From: Pseudomonadota bacterium
GTDB taxonomy: Bacteria; Pseudomonadota; Gammaproteobacteria; JAKAQQ01
Length of the DNA stretch: 64,000 bases
Assembly: GCA_027320085.1 (NCBI GenBank)
Contig: DAHVLZ010000038.1
Span: 83,786-147,785, forward strand
Reading direction: 5' to 3'
Below the pieces are notes generated by a model. The model ran no database searches. It was not told the DNA's origin and saw only the letters and a list, made by a program, of their open reading frames with translations. Position numbers and translations under genes: made by a program. Below, in pieces: positions 1-11,029 of the stretch; the first letter of the stretch is position 1, and each line of letters opens with the position of its first letter.

Positions 1-559
1 ACTCGATCCTCAGGCATCGCCGGGTCATCCGGGTCAGCTGGCGGATCGCCCGGGCGATCCGGTCCGGACCTTCCACCACCTGGCTGATGGGAGTCCGGGT
101 CGGCCGGCTCATTTTCAGGTGGGGGATGCCGGCTTCATAAAACAGTAGTCCCTCTTCCTCAAACCCGTGCCGATGGTAAAAGGGGAGGGCGTGGATCTGG
201 GCATGGAGGTAGCAGCTTGCATGGGACAACTCGCCTGCCCACTCGAGGAGTGCCTCGAGAACCCGACTGCCCGCCCCGAAGCCCCGGGCCTCCTCCAGGA
301 CCGCCATCCTTCCGATTTTCCCATGCGGATCCAGACGTCCCGTGGCAATGGGCCGGTGTGTGCGGTTCTCGACCAGGATGTGTCGGCAGAATGCGTCACT
401 GCCATCCCACTCGAGGTCAGGGGGAACCCGTTGTTCCAGGACGAATACCTGGTGGCGGATCGCACGGATGGAGGGTTCGTGTTCCGGCCAGGTCGCCCGG
501 TAAACACGGTAAGGCCGGCCCGGGTCAGGTGTGCCGAGACGCTTGTTGTCTGAGTTCAT
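1..559 (-). CDS. GNAT N-acetyltransferase (ElaA/YjcF-like) with in-frame C-terminal extension, truncated by window edge
   Basis: Not in ORF track. Manual translation from ATG at 559: MNSDNKR...IRAIRHQVFVLEQRVPPDLEWDG...GRLDPHGKIGRMAVLEEARGFGAG...LHAQIHALPFYHRHGF...EAGIPHLKM, continuing with no stop to base 1; overlaps the purB 3' end. Confidence 0.88.
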   Translation of the reverse strand, partial: MNSDNKRLGTPDPGRPYRVYRATWPEHEPSIRAIRHQVFVLEQRVPPDLEWDGSDAFCRHILVENRTHRPIATGRLDPHGKIGRMAVLEEARGFGAGSRVLEALLEWAGELSHASCYLHAQIHALPFYHRHGFEEEGLLFYEAGIPHLKMSRPTRTPISQVVEGPDRIARAIRQLTRMTRRCLRIE

Positions 560-1925
560 CAAAACGTTCGGCGAGCTCCACCGCCAGGCCGAGGTAGGTG
601 ATGGGGCTGAGACGTTCCAGGGATTGCCGGGTCTCGGTATCGAGGTCGAGGCCCTGAATCCATGTTTTCAGGCTGGCGGCATCCAAAGATTGCCCCCGGG
701 TGAGCGATTTGAGCCGCTCATAGGCGTCGGGGTCTCCCCGAAGCCTCAACAGGGTTTGAAGACCCTCGGCAATGACTTCGGGATGGGCCAGGAGATCCTC
801 ACGGATCCGCGCGGTATCGGGTTCAAGGCGCAACAGGCCTTCGCGGAGGGTACGCCAGGCGAGAAGGGTATGCCCCAGTGCGGGGGTCAGGCTCCGCTGG
901 GCCGTCGAGTCGCTGAGGTCTCTCTGGAAGCGGGAGACGGGGAGTTTGTCCGACAGATGGCGGAGCAGGGCGTTTGCGACCCCCAAGTTGCCCTCCGCGT
1001 TTTCAAAGGCAATCGGGTTGACCTTGTGCGGCATGGTCGAGGAACCGACTTCTCCCGAGATAACCCGCTGAATGAAATAGCCCCAAGAAATATAACCCCA
1101 GAAATCGCGGCAAAGGCCGGTCAGGATGCGGTTGGTGCGGGCGAGGAGATCCAGCCAGGCCGAGAGGCGATCATGCGGTTCGATTTGCGTGGTCAGGGGC
1201 TGGAAATCCAGACCGAAGGACCGGACAAACTCGGCCGTGAGCGATACCCAGTCGACGTCGGGCAAGGCCAGTTGATGGGCATTGTAATTACCCACTGCGC
1301 CATTGAACTTGCCGCTGAATCGGAAGACCGACAACGCATCCCGGCAATCCGCGAGACGCCAGGCAAAGTTGGCCAGCTCCTTGCCCAGGGTTGTGGGGGA
1401 AGCCGGTTGGCCATGGGTACGGGACAGCATGGGCACACGGGAATGCCGGCGGGATTCTTTCAAAAGCCAGTCCAAGACTTGACTGAGGGCAGGAACCAAA
1501 AAGTTCTGCTGGGCATCCTTCCAGATCAAACTGTAGGCCAGGTTGTTGATGTCTTCCGAGGTGGCGGCAAAATGCCAGAACGGTGCGAGCGTCGCCCCGA
1601 ATGTTTCTCCTGCCATAGCTTCCCTGAGAAAAAGCTCAACGGCCTTGACATCATGCCGCACGGACGATTCGATGGCCTTGATCCGGAGGGCAGCGGTCGG
1701 GTTGAAGTCCTGGATTCTAGCTTCGAGAGTCGCTCGATCCTCCGCTGAAAGAGCAGGGAAAAGCCGATTCGCCAGTTTTTGGTCCAGCCACAGGAGCCAG
1801 CGGATCTCGATCTCGGTGCGTCTCCGGAACAGGGCATACTCACCCATGGCCTGTCCGAAGTCGGAGAGGATCTCCGCGTACCGGCTGTCCAGAGGTGACA
1901 GGGAGCAGAGGTCTGGTGGGTCCAT
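525..1925 (-). CDS. purB: Adenylosuccinate lyase
   Basis: LSPLDSRY N-terminus, HDVKAVE, RTHGQPASPTT, GSSTMPHKVNPIAFEN signature. Confidence 0.97.
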   Translation of the reverse strand: MDPPDLCSLSPLDSRYAEILSDFGQAMGEYALFRRRTEIEIRWLLWLDQKLANRLFPALSAEDRATLEARIQDFNPTAALRIKAIESSVRHDVKAVELFLREAMAGETFGATLAPFWHFAATSEDINNLAYSLIWKDAQQNFLVPALSQVLDWLLKESRRHSRVPMLSRTHGQPASPTTLGKELANFAWRLADCRDALSVFRFSGKFNGAVGNYNAHQLALPDVDWVSLTAEFVRSFGLDFQPLTTQIEPHDRLSAWLDLLARTNRILTGLCRDFWGYISWGYFIQRVISGEVGSSTMPHKVNPIAFENAEGNLGVANALLRHLSDKLPVSRFQRDLSDSTAQRSLTPALGHTLLAWRTLREGLLRLEPDTARIREDLLAHPEVIAEGLQTLLRLRGDPDAYERLKSLTRGQSLDAASLKTWIQGLDLDTETRQSLERLSPITYLGLAVELAERFDELRQQASRHT

Positions 1926-1993
1926 GCGTTTTCGGAGTTAAAATAAGCTCTTGCATGATAACTGAAGCCAGCCTGCCCTGCAGGGGAGAAGTG

Positions 1994-3415
<1,422 letters not shown>

Positions 3416-3607
3416 GCAGTTGGCGGGTTCTTTTGCCGGGTCTGTGCAAATCGCGCAAGCGCAGCGACCAGACAGACAATGCGCAACCTCCATGCGTGAT
3501 TATGCTATTTCAGGCGTGGGAGGAAGGTCGATCCGGCCGTGGCATGACGGTCTGCATTCTGGCTCCGGTGATCGGCAGGTGAAGGTCGCTCCGGGTACAC
3601 TTCAAGC

Positions 3608-4096
3608 ATGAAATCTTCAGGCTTGGACCAGGAACCCCTCCTGTTTTCATCCGCTGATGCCCGGGCCCGTTTCGGCGGGCTATGGGAGACCGCGTGGGAA
3701 ATACAGGAAGCCGCTTCGCGAGCCGGCTTTGATTGGGAAACCCGCTCGGCAATATTGGATAAGCTGGCAGAAGAACTGGAAGAACTCAGGGTTGCAGACC
3801 GGGAGATTTCACAGACTTCACGGACGGAAGAACTCGGAGATCTCTTGTTCGTCTTGATTCATTATGCGTGGTGGGCTGGAATCCCCGTGGACCGGGCGCT
3901 CGAAAGCAGTACGAGCAAATTCCGTCGCCGATTCGATGCGCTTCAGGATGCTGTGGCCCTCCAGGGCCGGAAACTCACTGAGATGTCTCCTGGCGAACTG
4001 GATTCAATCTGGCAGGAGGTCAAGCGGCAACTTGCGGCTTCGCCCGATGCTGGAGCCGAGTACGGAGAGTCCCGACGGGAACGATCCGATGTCTGA
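3608..4096 (+). CDS. Single-domain MazG-family nucleoside triphosphate pyrophosphohydrolase
   Basis: IQEAASRAGFDW, KLAEELEE, EELGDLLF, KFRRRF match the C-terminal MazG domain. Confidence 0.88.
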   Translation: MKSSGLDQEPLLFSSADARARFGGLWETAWEIQEAASRAGFDWETRSAILDKLAEELEELRVADREISQTSRTEELGDLLFVLIHYAWWAGIPVDRALESSTSKFRRRFDALQDAVALQGRKLTEMSPGELDSIWQEVKRQLAASPDAGAEYGESRRERSDV

Positions 4097-4871
4097 CTGG
4101 TGGGAGAATCCTTACGGCGTCGCCTTGGGTGATGCGCTGACCCTGCAGGTGGGTGAGCTGGACTTCGTGGCTGAACGGTTGCCTTCGGAATGGAACTTTT
4201 TTTGGAACTACCGCATGGGGGGTGTGACTCAGCCCCGGATTGACCGGAAAACTGCCGGGTCGGCGGAATGGGCCCATTGGTCAAGTTGCCGATACCCGTT
4301 TCGTGATCCACCGGGATCTCTGGCCTTTATGCCGCAACTTGCGGATCGGCCATTGGTGACAAAACCGGTCATGCCACTCCTGGTTCCGCCTGCGGAAAGC
4401 CTGACCCTGTGGATTTCAAGTCCGCTCTGGTGTCGACTCGAGGTCAGGACGGAGGACCGGTCCATTCCCCTGGATCTGGACCTGCCGGTCCTCCGGTTTT
4501 CAGAAACCTGGTTCGGGCCCGACACACTCAATGGAGATTTGGCCTATGCATCAACCACGCGAGCCCGGATGAATCCCTACCTGACCCGGGATGAGTGGAT
4601 TGACTTCCGGATCCAGACGCCGGTCATCATTCACAATGAGGAGGCCCAGGTCATCCGGGTCGAGCGCCTGAATCTGCCGCTTCCGGCCTGCGGTCTTTAT
4701 CTTGCCCAAGAGGGACTGATTACCGATACCCTGGTCTGGCACCGGGCAGGTCATGGACAGAAAGCCTCACTGGAACGAATTCCCCCCGTCCACGGCAGGC
4801 CCGTGGCTCCTCCCCGGCAGGCCGGCAATGTTTCCATCCTGACCCGGGCGTTCACCCGGCTTTTCGACTGA
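4089..4871 (+). CDS. Hypothetical protein (possibly DUF432-like, MscS-adjacent)
   Basis: ATG at 4089 overlaps the MazG stop; motifs PQLADRPLV and ETWFGP...GDLAYA; family label is recalled, not verified. Confidence 0.7.
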   Translation: MSDWWENPYGVALGDALTLQVGELDFVAERLPSEWNFFWNYRMGGVTQPRIDRKTAGSAEWAHWSSCRYPFRDPPGSLAFMPQLADRPLVTKPVMPLLVPPAESLTLWISSPLWCRLEVRTEDRSIPLDLDLPVLRFSETWFGPDTLNGDLAYASTTRARMNPYLTRDEWIDFRIQTPVIIHNEEAQVIRVERLNLPLPACGLYLAQEGLITDTLVWHRAGHGQKASLERIPPVHGRPVAPPRQAGNVSILTRAFTRLFD

Positions 4872-4880
4872 GGCGGGATC

Positions 4881-5735
4881 GTGTCGTTGCCTGCGGCCTG
4901 GATCGCTCACGTGCCCATTGCTCGGGGCATCACCGGTGCGGTCATCCTGCTGGTGGGCACTTTTTTGGCCGTGACGCTGGCCCGCCTCGTGGAACGCTGG
5001 TGCATCGAGCGCTACGATGCCCGGCGAGCTCGCATTCTGCGCCGGGTTGTCCATTATTCCGTGATGGTCCTGGTTATCTTGATCGCCCTAAACGAGCTGG
5101 GTGTGGGGATCGGTGTATTGCTTGGGGCCGCGGGTATCCTTTCCTTGGGTCTCGGCTTTGCCAGTCAGACGGCGCTATCCAATATCATCAGCGGGCTTTT
5201 TCTTCTCGGCGAACATTCTTTCAATATGGGCGATTTCATCCAGGTCGGTAGCTTGACAGGAGAGGTTCTGGCTATTGACCTGCTTTCGGTCAAACTCAGA
5301 ACCTATGACAATTTATATGTGCGGGTTCCGAACGAGACCCTGATCAAGGGAGAGATCACGAATCTTACGCGGTTGCCAATCCGGCGTGTGGACTTGTCGA
5401 TCGGGGTTGCGTATGACGCCGACCTGAATGCCGTGCGCGATGCGCTTCTCGGTCTGGCCCGGCAAAGCACCTTGTGCCTGGAAGAACCAGCGCCCACGGT
5501 GGTGTTTTCGAACTTTGGGGCCAGTACAGTCAATCTCCTTTTTTCCGTCTGGATCCGGCGCCAGAACTATTCACTCGTCATGAATGAGCTCGCGAGCGGG
5601 GTGATCCGCGAATTCGGGAAACGGGGGATTGATTTGCCCTATCCCCAGCAGACGATCCATTTTGCCTCGACGGATCCCCTCCGGATTGAAAAAGAAATCC
5701 CGGGGGCTCGCATTCACTCGGAGTCTGAACCATGA
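4881..5735 (+). CDS. mscS: Small-conductance mechanosensitive channel (MscS family)
   Basis: Three TM segments, GAAGILSLGLGFASQTALSNIISG, VRVPNE, IGVAYDAD, DLPYPQ. Confidence 0.93.
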   Translation: MSLPAAWIAHVPIARGITGAVILLVGTFLAVTLARLVERWCIERYDARRARILRRVVHYSVMVLVILIALNELGVGIGVLLGAAGILSLGLGFASQTALSNIISGLFLLGEHSFNMGDFIQVGSLTGEVLAIDLLSVKLRTYDNLYVRVPNETLIKGEITNLTRLPIRRVDLSIGVAYDADLNAVRDALLGLARQSTLCLEEPAPTVVFSNFGASTVNLLFSVWIRRQNYSLVMNELASGVIREFGKRGIDLPYPQQTIHFASTDPLRIEKEIPGARIHSESEP

Positions 5736-6907
5736 GCGGTCTCCGGTCCCTCTGGGGCCGTCTGTCCCGTCAGATGCGGGATACCCTCGATTCGGGGACC
5801 TTGCACTGGATTCTCTCGCTTTGGGTGATTACGCTCGGGGTCGTGAGCGGTGTCGACGACGGATTCTGGAGATCCGTTCTCCTGGCCCGCCTGCCCCTGC
5901 CTGGCCCGGGTTTTAACCCGTGGGTGCATTCCCTGTTCTGGACGGTCTCGTTCATCCTGTTCGGGATCGGACTCCTGTCACGATCCCGCCTGATCTGGTT
6001 TCTCACCCTGATGCTGCTTTTTGTGCGTCTGGCCTGGCTGGCCCGACTGGGGGCGCTTGGGGTGGATCCCGTGCTGAGCGTGGGAATCGGCATTGCGGTC
6101 TTGTTCTTGATCAAGCTGAGTCGGCGGTTTCGCCGCAGCAGTCTCGGGAGTGGTGCCCTTCTGGCCACGATTCTTTTGGTGTTTCTTTTTGGCTATTCCG
6201 TTCTTGGCACCTACCTCTTGGGCCGCGAGTTTACGCCACCCGTCCACTCGCTCCTGACGGCCCTTTATTTTTCGGTTGTGACCTTGTCCACGGTCGGCTA
6301 TGGAGATATCACCCCCCATGGGGTGGAGGCCCGTTTGTTTGTGAGTTCGGTCATTCTGCTCGGCTTGACGGTCCTCACCGTCTCACTCAGCGCGATTATT
6401 CTTCCGGTTCTGCAACGCCGGCTGGAGTCCCTGATCATGCCCAATCGAGTCATTCACCCCCGTCGCAACCACTTTCTGATCGCGGGCAATTCATCCCTCG
6501 CCCGGAATGCCTACCGGGAGCTCAACCAGCGCAAGCAGAAGGTCACTTTTATCGTGAATGAGCCCTTTGAGATTGCCGGAGAATCCAAGTTGGACATTGT
6601 CGTGGGAGATGCAACCGATCTCGAGGTGCTCCGTAATGTGCAGGCCAGCCAGGCCAAGGCCTTGCTGGCCCTGAGCGATGATGACTCCGAGAATGCCTTT
6701 GTGGTCCTGGCCGCCAAGGAACTCGATCCTCCCGTCAAAACGGTTGCCGTGGTCCATAACTCGAAGAACCTCGCACGCTTGAAGCGCGTCCGCCCGGATA
6801 TCCTCCTTGCCCCTCAGGTGATGGGAGGTCGGGTTCTGGCCATGTATCTGACCGGCCAGAAAATAGAAGCGGACCGGTTCATGGACGATTTTCTCTCAAT
6901 AATATAG
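5732..6907 (+). CDS. Potassium channel with C-terminal RCK/TrkA-N domain (Kch-like)
   Basis: Selectivity filter TLSTVGYGD, multiple TM helices, GDATD...DDDSENAFVVLAAK RCK motifs. Confidence 0.93.
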   Translation: MSGLRSLWGRLSRQMRDTLDSGTLHWILSLWVITLGVVSGVDDGFWRSVLLARLPLPGPGFNPWVHSLFWTVSFILFGIGLLSRSRLIWFLTLMLLFVRLAWLARLGALGVDPVLSVGIGIAVLFLIKLSRRFRRSSLGSGALLATILLVFLFGYSVLGTYLLGREFTPPVHSLLTALYFSVVTLSTVGYGDITPHGVEARLFVSSVILLGLTVLTVSLSAIILPVLQRRLESLIMPNRVIHPRRNHFLIAGNSSLARNAYRELNQRKQKVTFIVNEPFEIAGESKLDIVVGDATDLEVLRNVQASQAKALLALSDDDSENAFVVLAAKELDPPVKTVAVVHNSKNLARLKRVRPDILLAPQVMGGRVLAMYLTGQKIEADRFMDDFLSII

Positions 6908-7041
6908 GGGCCGGATTGGAGGTGCAGCCGCGCCCCGGGGGGGTGGGCTCTGGAGTTCATTATTCTGTGAGATGGGTCTATACTGGAACTGGGTTGCCCT
7001 GTGTTGGTCTTTACGCAAAGGTGCACCCGTTGGAGGTTTCC

Positions 7042-7488
7042 ATGATGAAGCGAACATTGCTTGTACTCTCCCTAATCGGATTCGGGGGATGGAGTGGCTT
7101 GGTTTTTGCCCAATCAGCCTTGGTTAGCCCATCCCAGCCCCATGCCGTCATTTCGACCGGACTGCCGGCCAGTACGCATTGGTATGCCGTGAAAATCGTC
7201 ACGATTGACGGGCAATTAATGCCTTTGCACGCGAATCGGCATGACTACTGGGTTTCACCTGGGCGCCATACCGTGAGCTTTCAGGTCATGATGAACGACC
7301 TGACCGGGGGGCCGGGAATCTGGCCGTCCGGGATGAGGGGTCCGGAGCAGCGTCGAAGCCTCACCTTGAACCTGAAACAGGGGTGGGAGTACTTTTTCGG
7401 AGCCAAAGTGGAACATAGCAAAGCTTCCACCTGGAAGCCTTTTTTGATCATGAAGAAAAGGCTTTCCGGGGCACGTATGAAACCCTAA
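7042..7488 (+). CDS. Hypothetical exported protein
   Basis: GGAGG RBS, signal-peptide-like MMKRTLLVLSLIG...VFA, beta-rich mature part. Confidence 0.7.
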   Translation: MMKRTLLVLSLIGFGGWSGLVFAQSALVSPSQPHAVISTGLPASTHWYAVKIVTIDGQLMPLHANRHDYWVSPGRHTVSFQVMMNDLTGGPGIWPSGMRGPEQRRSLTLNLKQGWEYFFGAKVEHSKASTWKPFLIMKKRLSGARMKP

Positions 7489-7548
7489 TCGCCTGTTTCG
7501 TGATCCATCCGAAGGGTGAATAGCGTTTTCTTTTTGTTCTAGAAACAT

Positions 7549-7570
7549 GGGGCCTGGTCTGCCAGGCCCC
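7549..7570. terminator. GC-rich hairpin, putative intrinsic terminator
   Basis: GGGGCCTGG-TCTG-CCAGGCCCC followed by TGATTTT. Confidence 0.5.
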
Positions 7571-7601
7571 TGATTTTGTGGAACACCTGCTGGAGAACAA
7601 T

Positions 7602-8531
7602 ATGAGAGTGGGGATCGTAACTGATGCGGCCTGTGACCTGCCGCCGAACTTTATCGGGCCAGGCCGTGTGGAAATCTTGCCGGTCAGCCTACATGTCGGA
7701 ACGCAGATGTTCACGGATGTCCGGGACGAAGCCCAAACCCTGCGTTTCTACCGGATGTACCTGGGTTCCCATGAACACCGGGCAATTACCAAACCACTGC
7801 CACCCAAGGAGATTGCCGATCTTTTCCTGACCGATTGGGTGACGCGCTACGACCGGATCCTGGTTCTGACCGTGGCCTCCTCGCGTAGCGAGATTTACAA
7901 GAATACCAGTGAGGCCTCCTATACGGTTCTCCGGGAGTACAAGAAGATCCGGGCTGCGGCCGGTATCACGGAACCCTTCCTGATGCGTGTGTTCGATACA
8001 CATACCTTGTTTACCGGGCAGGCCACCATGGTTTTTGAGGCGATGCGCCTGAGGGATGTGGGTCGTCAGGGTTTCGACGCCATCCGACGTCAGTTGGAGA
8101 TTATCGAACCCAAAGTCAGGAGCTACCTGCTTCCCCAAGATGTCTACTATGTCCACAACCGGGCCCGGATGCGGGGTGAGGAAAGCGTGAGTTGGCTGAC
8201 CTTTCAGGTCGGCAACCTCCTCAATGTGAAGCCGGTGATCCAGATGGTGCGGGGAGAGACTGAAATTGTGGCCAAGGTCAGGAAATTTGAGGGAGGGCTT
8301 GAGTGGCTGTTCCAGAAGATCCGCGCCGATATCGTCCAGGGTCTTCCAGTCAAGATGGTTTCCATGAGCTACGGTGGAGATCTCGAGGAGATCAAGCGCG
8401 AGCCCCAGTACCAGGAGTTCGTGGCGTTTGCTCACCAGAACAAGGTCGCGACTTCCTTGGCCTTGATGAGTATTACGGCAGGAATTTATGTGGGCAGGGG
8501 AGGGTTCTCCGTCTCGTACGTGGCCCCGTAG
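7602..8531 (+). CDS. DegV family fatty-acid-binding protein
   Basis: GIVTDAACDLP N-terminus, LLNVKPVI, DegV-like length. Confidence 0.88.
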   Translation: MRVGIVTDAACDLPPNFIGPGRVEILPVSLHVGTQMFTDVRDEAQTLRFYRMYLGSHEHRAITKPLPPKEIADLFLTDWVTRYDRILVLTVASSRSEIYKNTSEASYTVLREYKKIRAAAGITEPFLMRVFDTHTLFTGQATMVFEAMRLRDVGRQGFDAIRRQLEIIEPKVRSYLLPQDVYYVHNRARMRGEESVSWLTFQVGNLLNVKPVIQMVRGETEIVAKVRKFEGGLEWLFQKIRADIVQGLPVKMVSMSYGGDLEEIKREPQYQEFVAFAHQNKVATSLALMSITAGIYVGRGGFSVSYVAP

Positions 8532-8600
8532 CTCATTTCGCCGAACTCCCATGGCGGGTGGGGTGATATGCCCTGGCTTTCACGGGAGCGGAGCCCGAGC

Positions 8601-9443
8601 TTACGGCAACAGGGTCCCGTGGAGTACAAGGGCGACCAGCCCGGCCAGCATGCAGTAAAGAGCGAAGGGTCGAAGCGCGGTCACCTCGCGTTTTCGAAAA
8701 TAGCGCATGAGGAACCAGCTGCTCAACCAGGCACAAGCCCCAGACAAGAGGCCCGCGACCAGGATGATGCCGAGCAGGGGGGTTGCGTCGGTATGGACGA
8801 GAAAGAGTTTGGGTATTTCAAGGAGTCCTGCGGCCCCGATGATCGGGGTCGCGAGGAGAAAAGAGAAGCGGGCAGATGCTTCGTAGTTCAGTCCGGTTGC
8901 AAGCCCGGAGACCAGGGTGGCACCCGAGCGGGAGATGCCGGGGATCAGCGCCGTCGCCTGCGCCAAACCGATCAAAAGGGCCTGTTTCAGAGTGAGCTCG
9001 TCCAATTCTTGCCTGGCCGTCCGGCTTTTCAGCCGATCCCCCACCCAGAGGGCCAAGCCGTTGATGGTAAGAAAAATAGCCGCGACCGTAAAACCGGCAA
9101 ACAGGCTGCGGACCCATCTCTCCAGTGCTAAACCCAGGAGGCCGGCCGGAACCGTTCCGATGACGAGACGCCAAAACAACCGGGTTTCCGGCTCGAATGG
9201 CCGGCCCCGAGTCCGGATCAGGCTTTTCAGGATGCTCCACCAGTCTCTCCAGAAATAAAGCAGAAGTGCTGTTGCGGTACCCACATGGAGGACGACGATG
9301 AACGGGAGAAACCACGGGGCAGCCCGGTTGATCTGGAGATGGAGCAGGGCGGGAACCAGGATGCTGTGTCCCAGACTGGATACCGGGAACAGCTCGGTCA
9401 AGCCTTGAAGAATGGCGAGGAGATATAACGGGCTTAACATCAT
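8601..9443 (-). CDS. uppP: Undecaprenyl-diphosphate phosphatase
   Basis: LQGLTELFPVSSLGH and PGISRSGAT motifs. Confidence 0.95.
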   Translation of the reverse strand: MMLSPLYLLAILQGLTELFPVSSLGHSILVPALLHLQINRAAPWFLPFIVVLHVGTATALLLYFWRDWWSILKSLIRTRGRPFEPETRLFWRLVIGTVPAGLLGLALERWVRSLFAGFTVAAIFLTINGLALWVGDRLKSRTARQELDELTLKQALLIGLAQATALIPGISRSGATLVSGLATGLNYEASARFSFLLATPIIGAAGLLEIPKLFLVHTDATPLLGIILVAGLLSGACAWLSSWFLMRYFRKREVTALRPFALYCMLAGLVALVLHGTLLP

Positions 9444-10999
9444 TTGTCTGGCGGGTCGCTGTCCAACTCGAACCGGATTCCCTGAGCTAATGGCAGTTCC
9501 CGGCTCCAGTTGATGGTGTTGGTCTGGCGTCGCATGTAGTTTTTCCAGGCATCTGAACCGGCTTCCCGGCCACCTCCCGTTTCCTTCTCTCCACCGAAGG
9601 CACCCCCGATTTCGGCACCCGAAGTCCCGATGTTGATATTCGCGATCCCGCAGTCACTGCCTTGCGCCGAAAGAAACAGCTCCGCACGGCGGAGGTTCGT
9701 CGTGAACAGAGCCGACGACAGTCCCTGGGGAACGGCATTGTGGAGACGGATGGCCTCCTCAAAGCGGCGAAACGTCAGCACGTAGAGAATGGGTGCGAAA
9801 GTTTCATGTTGGACCAGGGGCCACTCGGGCGACGCCCGCACCAGGGTGGGTTCAACAAAATGTCCAGGGCCTTCGATTCGCCTGCCTCCAAACAAAATGG
9901 CCGCACCCAGACGTTCCAGTTCCCGGATCGCTTCGAGATACCGATCTACGGCCAGCCCATCGATCAGGGGGCCCATCAAGGTGGCGGAGTCCAGCGGATT
10001 GCCGATTCGCACCTGGCGATACGCCGCAACCAGTCGATCGAGCAGGGGGGGGGCGATCTCTTCTGAGACGATCAGACGCCGCGTGGTCGTACAACGTTGT
10101 CCGGCTGTGCCGACCGCCCCAAAAACGATTGAGGGTACCGCGAGGTCGAGGTCAGCCGTTTCATCCACCACCACGGCATTGTTTCCGCCAAGCTCGAGCA
10201 GCGTCCGTTCCAGTCGGGCAGCGCGGATTTCGGAAACTTTTCGGCCGACGGCCGTGGAACCGGTGAAGGACAAAAGTCCGAGTCGCGCGTCTTTGTAAAA
10301 CGATTCAGCCAGTCGGTTGTCGTGATCGATGATCAGGCTGGAAAATTGGGGAAATTGGTTCTGCGCCAAGACCTCACTCACGATCTTCTGCACGGCTATC
10401 GCCGAAAGCATGGCTTTGGGGGAGGGCTTCCAGATCACCGTATTGCCGCAGATGGCCGCGAGAAATGTGTTCCAAGAGTAGACCGCAACCGGGAAATTGA
10501 ATGCGGTGACGATCCCCACGATGCCCAGGGGGTGCCACTGCTCCTGCATGCGGTGTTGTGGCCGTTCGGAGGCCATGGTTCTGCCGTACAGCATGCGCGA
10601 CTGCCCGAGTGCGAAGTCGGCCATGTCAATCATTTCCTGGACTTCGCCGTTCCCTTCTGCCTTGATCTTGCCGACCTCGATGCTGATCAGGCTGCCCAGC
10701 GCTTCCTTGTGGGTGCGCAGGGCCTCTCCGATCAGGCGGATCGCCTCTCCTCGGCGGGGGGGCGGGATGGATCGCCAGGCTTCCCCCGTGGCCTGACTTT
10801 CTTCCAGCACACGTTCATAGTCCCCGGGATCAGTGGGTCGAACCCGTGCAATGATCCCGCTGGTGGAAGGATTGTGGACCGGCAGGGTCGTGGAAGCCGA
10901 GCCGGGCAACCATCCGCTTCTGCTTGCGAAGGTGCCGGCCAGCGACGGTTCCGAGGAAAGATGAAGCTCGGAGAAAACCTGTTGGATGAGTCGGTCCAT
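9440..10999 (-). CDS. ALDH7-type aldehyde dehydrogenase (piperideine-6-carboxylate/aminoadipate-semialdehyde dehydrogenase)
   Basis: GEVQEMID, LELGGNN, GTAGQRCTT, DCGIANINIGTSGAEIGGAFGGEKETGGGRE. Confidence 0.93.
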   Translation of the reverse strand: MDRLIQQVFSELHLSSEPSLAGTFASRSGWLPGSASTTLPVHNPSTSGIIARVRPTDPGDYERVLEESQATGEAWRSIPPPRRGEAIRLIGEALRTHKEALGSLISIEVGKIKAEGNGEVQEMIDMADFALGQSRMLYGRTMASERPQHRMQEQWHPLGIVGIVTAFNFPVAVYSWNTFLAAICGNTVIWKPSPKAMLSAIAVQKIVSEVLAQNQFPQFSSLIIDHDNRLAESFYKDARLGLLSFTGSTAVGRKVSEIRAARLERTLLELGGNNAVVVDETADLDLAVPSIVFGAVGTAGQRCTTTRRLIVSEEIAPPLLDRLVAAYRQVRIGNPLDSATLMGPLIDGLAVDRYLEAIRELERLGAAILFGGRRIEGPGHFVEPTLVRASPEWPLVQHETFAPILYVLTFRRFEEAIRLHNAVPQGLSSALFTTNLRRAELFLSAQGSDCGIANINIGTSGAEIGGAFGGEKETGGGREAGSDAWKNYMRRQTNTINWSRELPLAQGIRFELDSDPPDK

Positions 11000-11029
11000 A
11001 AAGGTTCCTTATGGCTAGGGCAAAGGGTT

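Noticed and set aside
115-553. ORF-track calls 115..507(-), 167..553(+) and 217..597(+)
   Set aside because: They are alternative frames of the real GNAT gene in another minus-strand frame
3416-3607. Possible riboswitch or sRNA upstream of the MazG operon
   Set aside because: No recognisable aptamer consensus or convincing stems by eye; an Rfam scan would be needed
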